A stretch of 32,000 nt of DNA from Candidatus Electronema halotolerans (GCA_942493095.1 OW818675.1:600001-632000); one strand, 5' to 3'; shown: positions 12,443 through 21,866, counted from the first letter of the stretch. A program made the numbers and translations. The notes: generated from the sequence alone by a model not told the origin.

Positions 12443-15400
12443 ATGCTGAACAAAGGGGTGGAGCCGGTGAAAAAAAAGAAACTGCTTCTTGTCGCAGGAG
12501 GTGCTGTAGCATTGCTGGCAATCAGTCTGCTGGTATTGCCGCCGCTCCTGCTTTCTTCCAATTGGGTACGGGGCCTTGTGCTCGGCAAAGTCAACCGCAG
12601 CATTCCGGGCGAACTGGCTGCGGAACGTTGCAGCATTGGCTGGCAGCAGGGCACTCAATGCTCTGGAGTGGTCTATAGCGACTCCGGGCAGGGCCTGCGC
12701 TTGGATATTGGCGAACTGCGCCTCAACCGGGGCCTCTGGCCGCTCCTGACCGCACCGGAAGACCTTGGCGAAATTGTTCTCGACAGACCGGAACTGCTGC
12801 TGACCCTCAAACCTGCTTCGCCGGAGCAGCCAGCGGCTCAGACGGCAGATGCTGCTGATCAGCCAGCAGTTGAAAAAAAGGCCGGGGCAGACAAGGGCCA
12901 GTCTGCGGAAACTGCGGCTGCTCCAAAGGAGAGCAGCGATTTCCTGGGTAAAATGAAAGCGCGGCTGACTGTCCGTGAGGCAGCGGTCAAAGTTGCCCAA
13001 GACGGAAAAACGCCGCAGCTTTTTCTCAGCAACGGCGCACTGCGGGCGGATGTGCAGGCCGGGCAGGTCCAGTTTGAGCTGACTGCGGCGGACGGGCAGC
13101 AAGGCCAAGCGCAAGTTTCCGGCTCGGCCAAGCTGGCCGAACTTGTTCACGGCGGCTTGGCAGGCGCGGATATCCAAGCCAAGCTCACGGAAGTGCAGGC
13201 CCGGCCTTTTCTTGCTTTAAATCCGGGGGCGCAGGGCCTGCCCCAAGGCAGCGGCAAGCTCTCCGCAGACATCAAAATCATTGGCACGGCAGACGGTTCC
13301 TTGAATCTGAGCGGCCCAGCTTCGTTGACCGATGTTGATCTGACTGGCGGGGTTTTGGGCGGCGATCATCCCCGGTTCAGCCAGCTTGCCGTTGATCTGG
13401 AGGCCAAACAGGAGAGCAGCGGCTGGCAGTTGCCGGTCTTGAAAGCAGTGTCAGATTTCGGCAGCCTGAATATCCAGAGCCGCAGCAGCGACAGCGGTTT
13501 TCAGGCAAACGGCGAGGGCAAGATTGATCTGGCCCTGCTCTTGGCCCAGTTTCCGCACTTGTTCAAAATCCGCGATGATCTGCGCCTTGACCGGGGCGAG
13601 CTGAACATCACCGTTGATTTGGCCAAGGAGGGCGACCAGCTGCGCATCAACGCAGATGCGGCGGTGGACAGCTTGGCCGGGCGGCAGAATGGCGAGGCCT
13701 TTGCCTGGGACAGCCCTCTGACCGTGCGCGTGGTCGGCAGCTTGGCTGACAAGGAGCCTGAAGTGGAAAACTTGGTCTTCAGCGCGCCCTTTCTTAATCT
13801 GGAAGGCCAAGGCAATCTGCGCCAGTTTTCCTTGAACGGGCGGGCGGATTTGGACGCGGCCATGCGGGAGGTCAACCGGATTTTCCGCTTTGACTGGGAT
13901 GCGGGCGGCAAGCTCCAGCTTCAGGTCCAGCTCGCCAAAGATGAGCAAGACCGCTACGAAATCAATGCCAAGGCCGAGATTGCTGACAGCCGTCTCTCGC
14001 ACAAGGGCAAGGAGATTCTGCCTTCCTGCGCAACCACCTTCAGCGGCAGTCTGAGCACTCCCGGCCAAATCCCGGAAAGCAGCAATAACACGGCGGAACT
14101 GACCTTTGACCTCTCCTCTTGGCCAGGCAAAATCAGCGGCACCTTGGACGGGCTGTACCGGAAAAATGGCAAAATTTCTTCCGGCTATCAGGTGCAAGCC
14201 AAGCTGCTGCTGGGCCGGGTGGTTGAACTGCTGCACAAATTCGAGGTCATGGACCAAGAACAGAGCTTGGCAGGCGATATGGACTTCAATGCCTCCGGCT
14301 ACACTGAGGACAATCGCGTGGTGCTGCGCAGTTTGGACAGCCGGATCAAAGATTTCATTCTTTACCGGAACGGCAAGATTGTCCGCGATCCTGACCTGCG
14401 CCTTGCCACCCTGCGGGCTGAGGAGGCGGAGCAGGCTGTGCGGCCTTTGATCGAGGCGGACAGCAGGACTGCCTTTTTTGCTGACGGCGGCGGCTACAGT
14501 CTGATTGATCCGGCAGCGCACCGGCTGATTCTGCGTGATCTCGACTTTTCCTCCGACTTTGCTGGCTTCAAACTGCATCTGCTGGCAATGGATGACTGGC
14601 AGCATCAGCCCCTGCCTGCCTTGAAAACCTTGCAAATTGAGGGTGATTCGCAGTTGGACAAGCTGGCTGATCTGCTCCGCCAGCTCGACGTGATGGTGCC
14701 GGAGCAGAAGCTGGGCGGCGCGGCTGAGTTCGCAGTTGATCTGACCGAGCAGGGCAGCATTCCGGGCAGCGGCACGGCAGGCAGCAGCGGCACAGTGGCT
14801 GTTGATTTGGACCGTTTTTTCTACGGCAAAGAGGGCAGCGTTTTGGCGGCCAAGGAAAAGGTGGAATTTCGCAGCAGGCTGCACGGCGATCTTGCTGCCG
14901 GAGACATTTATTTCACCACCTTTGATTTGCAATCCTATCCCCTGTCCATGCAATCCAACGGCAGGTTGGAGCTGACCAGCAAGATGCCGCATCTCTCTCT
15001 GGAGGGCGCGGCCACGCCTGATTTTGCCGCTGTGATCGCCGTGCTCAACGGCATGTATCCGCTTGGCATCAGCGCGGCAGGCGGGAAAAAGGAAAAGTTC
15101 AGCCTCTATTTTCCGTTCACGGAAAAGCGGCAGGCCGAGCTGAAATTCGCCGCCCGCTTCCATGCCGACAGTTTTGCCAAGTCCGGGATCAAGGTCAGCA
15201 ATCTTGATGCGGACACAGGCATGAAAGAAGGGGTGATCAGCACCGCCTTGCAGGGCAGCCTGAACGGCGGCACGGTGCAGCTCTCGCCCAAAATTGACTA
15301 CACCAAGAATCCGCCCCTGCTCAGTCTGCCAGAGCCGGAACAGGTCTTGGACAAGGTCGGCTTGGCAGACACCCTGACCAACGGCCTGCTCAAAAGCATT

Positions 15401-15997
15401 CATCCCCTGCTCGGCGCATTGGCCAAACCGGCTGGCATGATCAGTGTCAAGGCGGAGCGGTTCTCCATGCCAGTCGGTGGCAAGGGACTGGAGCAGGCTG
15501 ATTTCAGCCTTCATTTTGATCTGGCGAGCGTGGTGCTGGAGCCTGCCAATGCCTTGGCTGGAATATTGGAGATTGCCGGACTCAGCGGCCAGCCGCTCAA
15601 TCTGAAAGAAAAAACAATGGACTGCGAAGGCAAGAAAGGCCGGATTTCCTGCTCGCCAATCAAGATCACCATTGCTGATTCAGAAATGGTTCTCAGCGGC
15701 ACGGCTGGCTTTGACGGCAGTTTGGATTATCTCCTTGAAGTGCCGGTGACGAAAAATTTAGTCGGCAAGAAGGGCTATGAGCTGCTCAAGGGCGCAACCC
15801 TGAAAGTGCCGATCAAAGGCACCAAGGACAAGCCAGTGTATAACCCGGATGCCCTGATGCAGGCCGCCTCTGATCTGCTCCGGCAGGCGGCGGGCCATGC
15901 GGCAAAACAGGCAGTGCAGGAGCAGGTGGAAAAGATTGTCCCCAAAGAGGTGCTGCCTGCGCTGCCCGGCCTGCTGGACGGATTCTTGGGACGATGA
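12443..15997 (+). CDS. AsmA/TamB-like large inner-membrane-anchored protein
   Basis: N-terminal TM helix KKKKLLLVAGGAVALLAISLLVLPPLLL; long AsmA-like repeats including a C-terminal DLKEKTMDCEGKKGRISCSPIKITIADSEMVLSGTAGFDGSLDYLLEVPV region. Confidence 0.75.
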   Translation: MLNKGVEPVKKKKLLLVAGGAVALLAISLLVLPPLLLSSNWVRGLVLGKVNRSIPGELAAERCSIGWQQGTQCSGVVYSDSGQGLRLDIGELRLNRGLWPLLTAPEDLGEIVLDRPELLLTLKPASPEQPAAQTADAADQPAVEKKAGADKGQSAETAAAPKESSDFLGKMKARLTVREAAVKVAQDGKTPQLFLSNGALRADVQAGQVQFELTAADGQQGQAQVSGSAKLAELVHGGLAGADIQAKLTEVQARPFLALNPGAQGLPQGSGKLSADIKIIGTADGSLNLSGPASLTDVDLTGGVLGGDHPRFSQLAVDLEAKQESSGWQLPVLKAVSDFGSLNIQSRSSDSGFQANGEGKIDLALLLAQFPHLFKIRDDLRLDRGELNITVDLAKEGDQLRINADAAVDSLAGRQNGEAFAWDSPLTVRVVGSLADKEPEVENLVFSAPFLNLEGQGNLRQFSLNGRADLDAAMREVNRIFRFDWDAGGKLQLQVQLAKDEQDRYEINAKAEIADSRLSHKGKEILPSCATTFSGSLSTPGQIPESSNNTAELTFDLSSWPGKISGTLDGLYRKNGKISSGYQVQAKLLLGRVVELLHKFEVMDQEQSLAGDMDFNASGYTEDNRVVLRSLDSRIKDFILYRNGKIVRDPDLRLATLRAEEAEQAVRPLIEADSRTAFFADGGGYSLIDPAAHRLILRDLDFSSDFAGFKLHLLAMDDWQHQPLPALKTLQIEGDSQLDKLADLLRQLDVMVPEQKLGGAAEFAVDLTEQGSIPGSGTAGSSGTVAVDLDRFFYGKEGSVLAAKEKVEFRSRLHGDLAAGDIYFTTFDLQSYPLSMQSNGRLELTSKMPHLSLEGAATPDFAAVIAVLNGMYPLGISAAGGKKEKFSLYFPFTEKRQAELKFAARFHADSFAKSGIKVSNLDADTGMKEGVISTALQGSLNGGTVQLSPKIDYTKNPPLLSLPEPEQVLDKVGLADTLTNGLLKSIHPLLGALAKPAGMISVKAERFSMPVGGKGLEQADFSLHFDLASVVLEPANALAGILEIAGLSGQPLNLKEKTMDCEGKKGRISCSPIKITIADSEMVLSGTAGFDGSLDYLLEVPVTKNLVGKKGYELLKGATLKVPIKGTKDKPVYNPDALMQAASDLLRQAAGHAAKQAVQEQVEKIVPKEVLPALPGLLDGFLGR

Positions 15998-16389
15998 ACA
16001 GTACAAATCTGTTCCGCCTCCTCCTTATCGGTGGGGGCGGCTTTGTCGGCGCAGTGCTGCGCTTCTTTGTCAGCACGTGGGTGCAGGCCCGATCCGGCTC
16101 AATTGCCTATCCCTTTGGCACCTTGAGCGTCAACATGATCGGCTGCCTGCTGATCGGCTTTCTCAGCGCGCTGGCCGAGAACCGCTCCTTGTTTTCTGCC
16201 GAACTGCGCGGTTTTCTCCTTGCCGGACTGCTCGGAGCCTTCACTACTTTTTCCACCTTCAGCAACGATACCCTGAACCTGCTTCGCGACGGACGGATAG
16301 ACTTGGCCATGCTCAATGCCGGATCACAGGTTGTTTTCGGGGTGTTGTTTGTCTGGTTGGGTCGAATCATGGCAGGAGTTCTGAGTTGA
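15994..16389 (+). CDS. crcB: Fluoride exporter CrcB/FluC
   Basis: GGGGFVGAVLRFFVS, PFGTLSVNMIGCLLIGFL, GLLGAFTTFSTFSNDT. Confidence 0.95.
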   Translation: MNSTNLFRLLLIGGGGFVGAVLRFFVSTWVQARSGSIAYPFGTLSVNMIGCLLIGFLSALAENRSLFSAELRGFLLAGLLGAFTTFSTFSNDTLNLLRDGRIDLAMLNAGSQVVFGVLFVWLGRIMAGVLS

Positions 16390-16482
16390 TTTTCCAAAAG
16401 GGGACAGGCAAAAGAAGGACAAAATCGTGAAGAGGCGCAGGCATGGTTGCTGAACTGCTGACAACGAAGAGGAGTTGAGAGA

Positions 16483-19137
16483 ATGTTATCGGCTTTATTA
16501 GGGCAATATCTTGCGAAAAAGGCGGTGCAGAAAATAATCATCAACGCTGTATTCAGCGGCGCATTATCTTTGCTGAATCGGGATGCTCTGAACAAGGCAA
16601 TGAAGGAAGTAATCAAAGAACTTTTTGATCTGCTGGAATATGAACTTGGTCTTGACGAAGATACAGATACTGAAGAACTGATTCCAATTCGTCGGGCAGT
16701 TGATGCCTTCCTTGAGCAAGAGGCAGTGCAGCAGGCCATCATTTCTTTGCTCAAAGAACCGCAGTATCAGCTTGATGCCACAATTCTTGCTCAAGCATGG
16801 CAGGATGTTCAGGATGCGCCTGTGTTGCCGGAAGATTTCTCATGGCAGCGGATTAGCAAACATTTCAGCAAAAAGGCCAAGAAAATCCGCGACAGCATCC
16901 CGGAGCTGAAGGCTATCTTTGCCCAAGAACTGGCAGCTCAAGCAGACAAGGCCGTTGCAGACAACCTTGGCCCGCAGCCTGATTTTGATCTTGAAATCTA
17001 TGCCAAAGCATTGCTGGAGAAATTCGGCAGGCCGGGCAGTCTGGCTTTAGCAAGCGTTGATCTTGACGGCCCGGCGTATGATGCTGTCCGGCTCTGGCAG
17101 GTCTTTGTGCCGCAGTCGGTGCGGGAATGCGAGAAATTTCAGCCTCGGCATCTCGAACAGCCCAAAGGCGAGGAAGAGCGGCCAGAACGGCTGCGCCCGT
17201 ATTTTGATCAGCAGCCGCGCCCGGTGCTGGAAGTCTGCGCGGATCAGCAGCTTGAACGGATTGTCCTTCTTGGCGATCCCGGCTCCGGCAAATCCTCGCT
17301 GCTCCGCTTTCTCGCCTTGGAATGGGCGCGGGACAGCGACCCGAATCACCGCGCCCTTGCCCCGGTGCCGCTGCTGATTGAACTGCGTGAATACCACAGC
17401 AAACGCAGGCAGGGCGAGTGCAGCGACAGTTTTCTCAGCTACCTGCACAAGGCGTACTCGCTGCACCGCTTCAACCAGAATGCCCTTGCTGATTTGCTGA
17501 AAAGCAGGCCGGGCCGTTTTCTGCTCCTCTTGGACGGCCTTGACGAAATCTTTGACCGGCAGGAGCGCGAGCAGGTCATCAGCGACATCCATCGTTTCAG
17601 CAACGAATACAAAGGAGTGCGGATAATTGTCACTTCACGGGTGGTGGGCTATGAGGCGCACCGGCTCCGTGATGCCGAGTTCCGCGACTTCATGCTGCAA
17701 GATTTTGATGAAGAGCAGATTGAGGAATTTCTCAAGCTCTGGCACCAGATCACTTTCAGCGACCAAGAGGAGGTGGAGCGCAAGCGGCAGCGGCTGGCCA
17801 AGGCAATCGCCGATTCGCGGCCCATCAAGCTGCTGGCACGCAATCCGCTCCTGCTTACTCTGATGGCGATCATCAACCGTCATGAGGAATTGCCCAAAAA
17901 TAGGTTTGAACTTTACGAGAAAGCGGCCAAGCTGCTTCTCCAGAATTGGGACACGAAACGGCATTTGCAGGATTATCCCGGCCTGAGCGCGGAGATTGAT
18001 TTGCGGGCCAAGTCCGCAATCCTTCGCAAAGTGGCTCTGTACATGCAGACAGCTAACGACAAGGCAGCAAACCTGATTGAGGGCGAGCAGCTTGTCGGGC
18101 TACTTGAGGAATATCTGCACGATGAGCTGCGTTTCAGCCAAGCCCGTGCGGCGGCCAATGCTTTGGTTGAGCAGTTGCGGGAGCGCAATTTTATCCTCTG
18201 CTGGCTCGGCGGCGACAGCTATGCTTTTGTTCACCGCACCTTTTTGGAATATTTCTGCGCGGCTGAATATGTGCATCAGTTTGAGAAGAAACGCAGTCTG
18301 AGTCTTGATGATTTGTTGGCAGTGTATGATGCGCATTGCCGCGAGGACGACTGGCAGGAAGTGCTGCGCTTGATCTGCGGCCAGCTTGAGGAACACAAGG
18401 TTGATAATGAATGGATTGTCGAAAAAATTATTGAGCATTTGACCGCGCGGGTGGATTTGGAGAAGTGGGACAAAGAAACTCCGCTGCCTGAGTTAGCATT
18501 GGCAGTTTGGTGTTTGAGCGAGGTCAAAAATATAAATCTGATTGATGAAACAACAGGTGGAAAGTTACTGTTGAAAGTCTTTGACTTCTTCTTCATAGAA
18601 GAAAAGACGGATAATAGCTATGAGTTGTTTGTCGCTGCTAAAACTGTTGGAGAAAGATGGCCTGGGAAGAATATATTTCAGTTTGACGGCTTGTTCCCAG
18701 AGCAGAAAGAGAGGCCATATAGTATATATATTAGATGGTTTCAATTATTGGCGCATATTTTTCGTTGTCGGCAGTGGATAGAAAAATTTATTAATTCTGA
18801 TGATATAGAAATAAAAGAATCGTGTATTGCTATTATCTTGCAACATTGGCGTGATGACAGAACACATAAGATGCTTGTCAATGCTATGCAGGATAAAGAT
18901 ATTTCCGTCAGGCAAATTGCATTTTTTTCTTTTGTGGAATTCTTTCTATATGAAAAACTCCAAGGATCCGGTATTCCCCCAGACAAAATAGACGAGGCTG
19001 TGTGTTCGCTTTCAGCGGACATAATAGCGCACATAGTGCGCTCGCTTTCAGCGCACATAACAGACGAGGCTGTGCGTTCGCTTTCAGCGCACATGGGCTG
19101 GGACATCACCAAGGGCAGTTTGGCCGAGAAGCTGTAG
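16483..19137 (+). CDS. NACHT/STAND-family NTPase with C-terminal helical region
   Basis: Walker A GDPGSGKSSLLRFLALEW; Walker B RFLLLLDGLDEI; sensor VIVTSRVVGY; GxP-like LLARNPLLLTLMAIINR; FVHRTFLEYFCAAEY; HEAT-like DKDISVRQIAFFSFVEF. Confidence 0.88.
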   Translation: MLSALLGQYLAKKAVQKIIINAVFSGALSLLNRDALNKAMKEVIKELFDLLEYELGLDEDTDTEELIPIRRAVDAFLEQEAVQQAIISLLKEPQYQLDATILAQAWQDVQDAPVLPEDFSWQRISKHFSKKAKKIRDSIPELKAIFAQELAAQADKAVADNLGPQPDFDLEIYAKALLEKFGRPGSLALASVDLDGPAYDAVRLWQVFVPQSVRECEKFQPRHLEQPKGEEERPERLRPYFDQQPRPVLEVCADQQLERIVLLGDPGSGKSSLLRFLALEWARDSDPNHRALAPVPLLIELREYHSKRRQGECSDSFLSYLHKAYSLHRFNQNALADLLKSRPGRFLLLLDGLDEIFDRQEREQVISDIHRFSNEYKGVRIIVTSRVVGYEAHRLRDAEFRDFMLQDFDEEQIEEFLKLWHQITFSDQEEVERKRQRLAKAIADSRPIKLLARNPLLLTLMAIINRHEELPKNRFELYEKAAKLLLQNWDTKRHLQDYPGLSAEIDLRAKSAILRKVALYMQTANDKAANLIEGEQLVGLLEEYLHDELRFSQARAAANALVEQLRERNFILCWLGGDSYAFVHRTFLEYFCAAEYVHQFEKKRSLSLDDLLAVYDAHCREDDWQEVLRLICGQLEEHKVDNEWIVEKIIEHLTARVDLEKWDKETPLPELALAVWCLSEVKNINLIDETTGGKLLLKVFDFFFIEEKTDNSYELFVAAKTVGERWPGKNIFQFDGLFPEQKERPYSIYIRWFQLLAHIFRCRQWIEKFINSDDIEIKESCIAIILQHWRDDRTHKMLVNAMQDKDISVRQIAFFSFVEFFLYEKLQGSGIPPDKIDEAVCSLSADIIAHIVRSLSAHITDEAVRSLSAHMGWDITKGSLAEKL
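18983..19094 (+). repeat. REP-like imperfect repeats inside the 3' end of the NACHT gene
   Basis: Three copies of (GACGAGGCTG)TGyGyTCGCTTTCAGCGsAC; middle copy GTGCGCT-CGCTTTC-AGCGCAC is a perfect 7-bp palindromic hairpin at 19036-19056. Confidence 0.8.
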
Positions 19138-19178
19138 CGGCGGGAAAATTTCCATTCCGGTAAAATCAGCATCGAATC

Positions 19179-19514
19179 TTGTTTGACAGCAAACAAATGC
19201 TGTTAAACAACCAAGAAATTTTGTTTATCAACAAAGGAAGGTTGTTCAACCAGAAAGAAGTGCTTTTTGATCGCAAAGAAGTTGTGCTGATCAAGGAAGA
19301 AATGTTGTTCGATAAAGAACGAGTTTTGATAAACCACAAAGGAATGTTGTTTATCCGCAAAGAAGTTTTGATTCCTGACAAAGAAACGTTGTTCAACAAC
19401 AAGGCTCTGTTATCAGTCAGCAACAAACCGAATTTCTACGATTCTTCCTGCCGGAAAAGCGGCTCTTCCGCAAAGACAACGGCCATGCCGCGCTGTTCTC
19501 TCAAAACAAAATAG
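19179..19514 (+). other. ORF of uncertain coding status built on 11 degenerate 21-bp units (heptapeptide L-F-x-x-K-E-V)
   Basis: Uninterrupted 21-bp register from 19179 to 19409: LFDSKQM LLNNQEI LFINKGR LFNQKEV LFDRKEV VLIKEEM LFDKERV LINHKGM LFIRKEV LIPDKET LFNNKAL; TTG start; no convincing RBS. Confidence 0.5.
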
Positions 19515-19543
19515 ACGAGGCCGTGCGCTCGCTTTCAGCGCAT
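19506..19543 (+). repeat. Fourth, displaced copy of the REP-like repeat
   Basis: ACAAAATAGACGAGGCCGTGCGCTCGCTTTCAGCGCAT matches 18983-19022. Confidence 0.85.
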
Positions 19544-19569
19544 CTGGGATCAGACAAGTATATTAAGCC

Positions 19570-21702
19570 ATGCAGCATTCATCCAAAATCGCTCCGACAT
19601 GGACAGTCGGCCAAGATTCCTTTGCCCATATCTGCCGCTATCTCCAAGAACAGGCCGAGGACGGGGTCAAATACTTCTGCTTTGATTATTTCGACACCTT
19701 GGCGGTGCGCGAGATTGAGCCGGAATACAGCAAGCAGCTTGCCGCCCGTCTGCACAGCCAGCTCTTGGCGAGCAAAATGCCGCCGGAGCAGCTCTACGCC
19801 CTGCGCCAGCAGATCGAGCGAGAACTTTGCGAAGCAAGCGCAGCAGCAGGCGGCGAGCTGGAATTTTACATGCAACCCTTTATCCGCGCCTACCGCCAGA
19901 AATTGCTGGAGCAGCTTGGCTATCTTGCCCAACTCCGCGATGCGGAACGCTTCACGAAAATCATCCTTGCTCTTGAAACGACTGTAGAAAAGACAGTGCA
20001 GCAGCCCTGCGCCGAAGCTGTGCAGGTGCTCGCTTGGCTGCGACAGCAGGGTTTCCAAACCGTGCTGGTTTCAGATTTCTATCTGCCGAGCCGTTGCTTC
20101 ACCGAAATGCTGGCAAATCTGAGTTTGGACGGCCAGTTTGATCACATTTATATTTCCGCTGATCACGGCTTGGCTAAGTCATCTGGCAGGCTTTATGAAA
20201 AAATTTGCCAAGACCTAAACTGCCAGCCGGATGAGCTGTTGATGATCGGCGACAATCCCCATTCTGACGTGAAGCAGGCGCAGGAGAACGGACTGCGCTG
20301 TCTGCATCTGCTCAATCCTGCGCAAAAAGCATTCTACAAGCAATGGCAGCCTGCCCAGCTTGATGCGCCGGACAAGGCGCGGCAGCGATTCAACAAAGCA
20401 GCGGCTGAGTCCGGCCTGTTTAAGGAAACCGGCACCAGCCTCTGGCTCTTTACGTGGAATCTGCTCCAGAACTTGCTCCAACAGCAGACGCAGGATGTTT
20501 TCTTCTTTTCCAAAGAAGGCGAGTTCCTGAAAAAGCTGTTTGATCAGATGCAGGCCGACCTTTTCGGCAGGCCGGTCGTGCGCAGCCACTATTTGCTGGT
20601 TTCGCGCAAGGCCACCTTTCTTGCCTCGCTCAAGCCGCTGGACGAGGAAGATTTCAGCCGCCTTTTTTATTTCTACCGCAACATCTCGCCGCGTGATTTT
20701 CTTCTCAGTCTGAACATTGAGGAGCCGTTGGCCGCTGAACTCTGTCAGCAGGCTGGAGTGGATTTCCAGACCCGCCTACCGGATTTGGTCAATCAGCCTG
20801 CTTTTCAGCAGCTCTTGGCCTTTGCGCCCTTCCGGGAATTGTACGAGCAGCGGCGCAGCAGCCAGCGAAGGAATTTCATTGCCTACTTGGATTCCTTCAA
20901 CGTTGATTACAAAAACAATGTCCTGACCATTGTTGATGTGGGCTGGAAAGGGTCGATCCAAGACAATATCTGGCACATTCTTGGCGGACAGGTGCGGATG
21001 CAGGGTTATTACGCAGGCTTTCTTGATGCTGCGGTCAAGCAGCCGAACAACGACAAGCTGGGCCTGCTCTTTGACAACACCAGACCGCTGCCGTATTTCA
21101 ATGTCTATAACAACAACCGCTCACTCTTTGAGATGATGCTCGGTGCCTCGCATGGCAGCGCGGACGGTTATTTCACGGCAGAGGAATTTGCCAGCCAGCC
21201 TGATGATCATCATCGGGAAATACGCCAGCGCATTGAGACCGAATCTGGCGAATTGCTGATCGCTGCCTTAGATATGCCGGAAGAACGCGCCCTATTTGAA
21301 GAGAAAATCAGGCCGCTGCAAGAACAGATGCTGGCAGAGGCGGCCCGGCTCAATCTGGCCTGTCTTCGCTCCGGCTGCGCTGTGCCTGATTTAGAATGGT
21401 TCGCCCGCCGTCATGCCCGCATGGTTTTCCTGCCTATACGCAAGGAAGTTGAGTTTTTTGAAAATCTCTATCACTTAGAGAACTTCGGCGTGTTTGAATA
21501 CACCGACTTCCGCACTGGCAGCCGTCTTTCCCTGAAGCAGCGATGGAACAACTTTGTCAAAATGCGCAGCAATCCTGCCATGTTGGAAATGGGTATCTGG
21601 CCGCCGATTATTCTCCGGCGGCTGGGGCTGGACTGGTACCGGCACATCAACGGCAGAAGACGGTTTCAGCGGGAGTTTGGCAGCTATTTTTTCACGGATT
21701 GA
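19570..21702 (+). CDS. HAD-superfamily hydrolase-like protein, two-part
   Basis: CFDYFDTLAVREIEP (HAD motif I), TVLVSDFYLP (motif II), DELLMIGDNPHSDVKQAQENG (motifs III/IV), plus a long C-terminal domain VVRSHYLLVSRKATF...LTIVDVGWKGSIQDNI. Confidence 0.8.
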   Translation: MQHSSKIAPTWTVGQDSFAHICRYLQEQAEDGVKYFCFDYFDTLAVREIEPEYSKQLAARLHSQLLASKMPPEQLYALRQQIERELCEASAAAGGELEFYMQPFIRAYRQKLLEQLGYLAQLRDAERFTKIILALETTVEKTVQQPCAEAVQVLAWLRQQGFQTVLVSDFYLPSRCFTEMLANLSLDGQFDHIYISADHGLAKSSGRLYEKICQDLNCQPDELLMIGDNPHSDVKQAQENGLRCLHLLNPAQKAFYKQWQPAQLDAPDKARQRFNKAAAESGLFKETGTSLWLFTWNLLQNLLQQQTQDVFFFSKEGEFLKKLFDQMQADLFGRPVVRSHYLLVSRKATFLASLKPLDEEDFSRLFYFYRNISPRDFLLSLNIEEPLAAELCQQAGVDFQTRLPDLVNQPAFQQLLAFAPFRELYEQRRSSQRRNFIAYLDSFNVDYKNNVLTIVDVGWKGSIQDNIWHILGGQVRMQGYYAGFLDAAVKQPNNDKLGLLFDNTRPLPYFNVYNNNRSLFEMMLGASHGSADGYFTAEEFASQPDDHHREIRQRIETESGELLIAALDMPEERALFEEKIRPLQEQMLAEAARLNLACLRSGCAVPDLEWFARRHARMVFLPIRKEVEFFENLYHLENFGVFEYTDFRTGSRLSLKQRWNNFVKMRSNPAMLEMGIWPPIILRRLGLDWYRHINGRRRFQREFGSYFFTD

Positions 21703-21778
21703 TTGCGGGCAGCGCAAGAGAGATTTCGTGAGATTTTTGAGCGCAACTTTTCGTAATATTTACAAAATAATCCCACCT

Positions 21779-21866
21779 CAGCACCGATGACCCTGCCCGG
21801 CCCTTGGGTCTTTTTCCCGGAAAAATGAGCTGTTTGGCTTATTGTCCGGGCTGCTGGAATATGTTT
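21779..21866 (+). ncRNA. Candidate structured leader RNA, copy 1, upstream of the secreted FmdE-like gene
   Basis: CGATGACC...TGGG-tc-TTTTTCCC-gga-AAAATGAG-8nt-CTTATTG-tc-CGGGC; closing pairing CAGCA/TGCTG; 34/47 ungapped identity to copy 2. Confidence 0.6.

Noticed and set aside
13451-15514. 687-aa minus-strand ORF and other long antisense ORFs (2440-3261 +, 25823-27085 -, 10533-12155 -, 10567-12159 -)
   Set aside because: They lie fully antisense to well-supported genes with recognisable domains, have biased low-complexity composition and no recognisable motifs. The two in the 234-bp array are simply periodic read-through of the repeats.
19179-19409. CRISPR array for the 21-bp repeats
   Set aside because: Units are directly adjacent and degenerate, without unique spacers or a leader.
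16483-21702. A multi-gene defence island around the NACHT gene
   Set aside because: Neighbours crcB and AsmA-like are not defence genes and no nuclease, methylase, helicase or integrase is visible; only the single NACHT gene is supported as a candidate.
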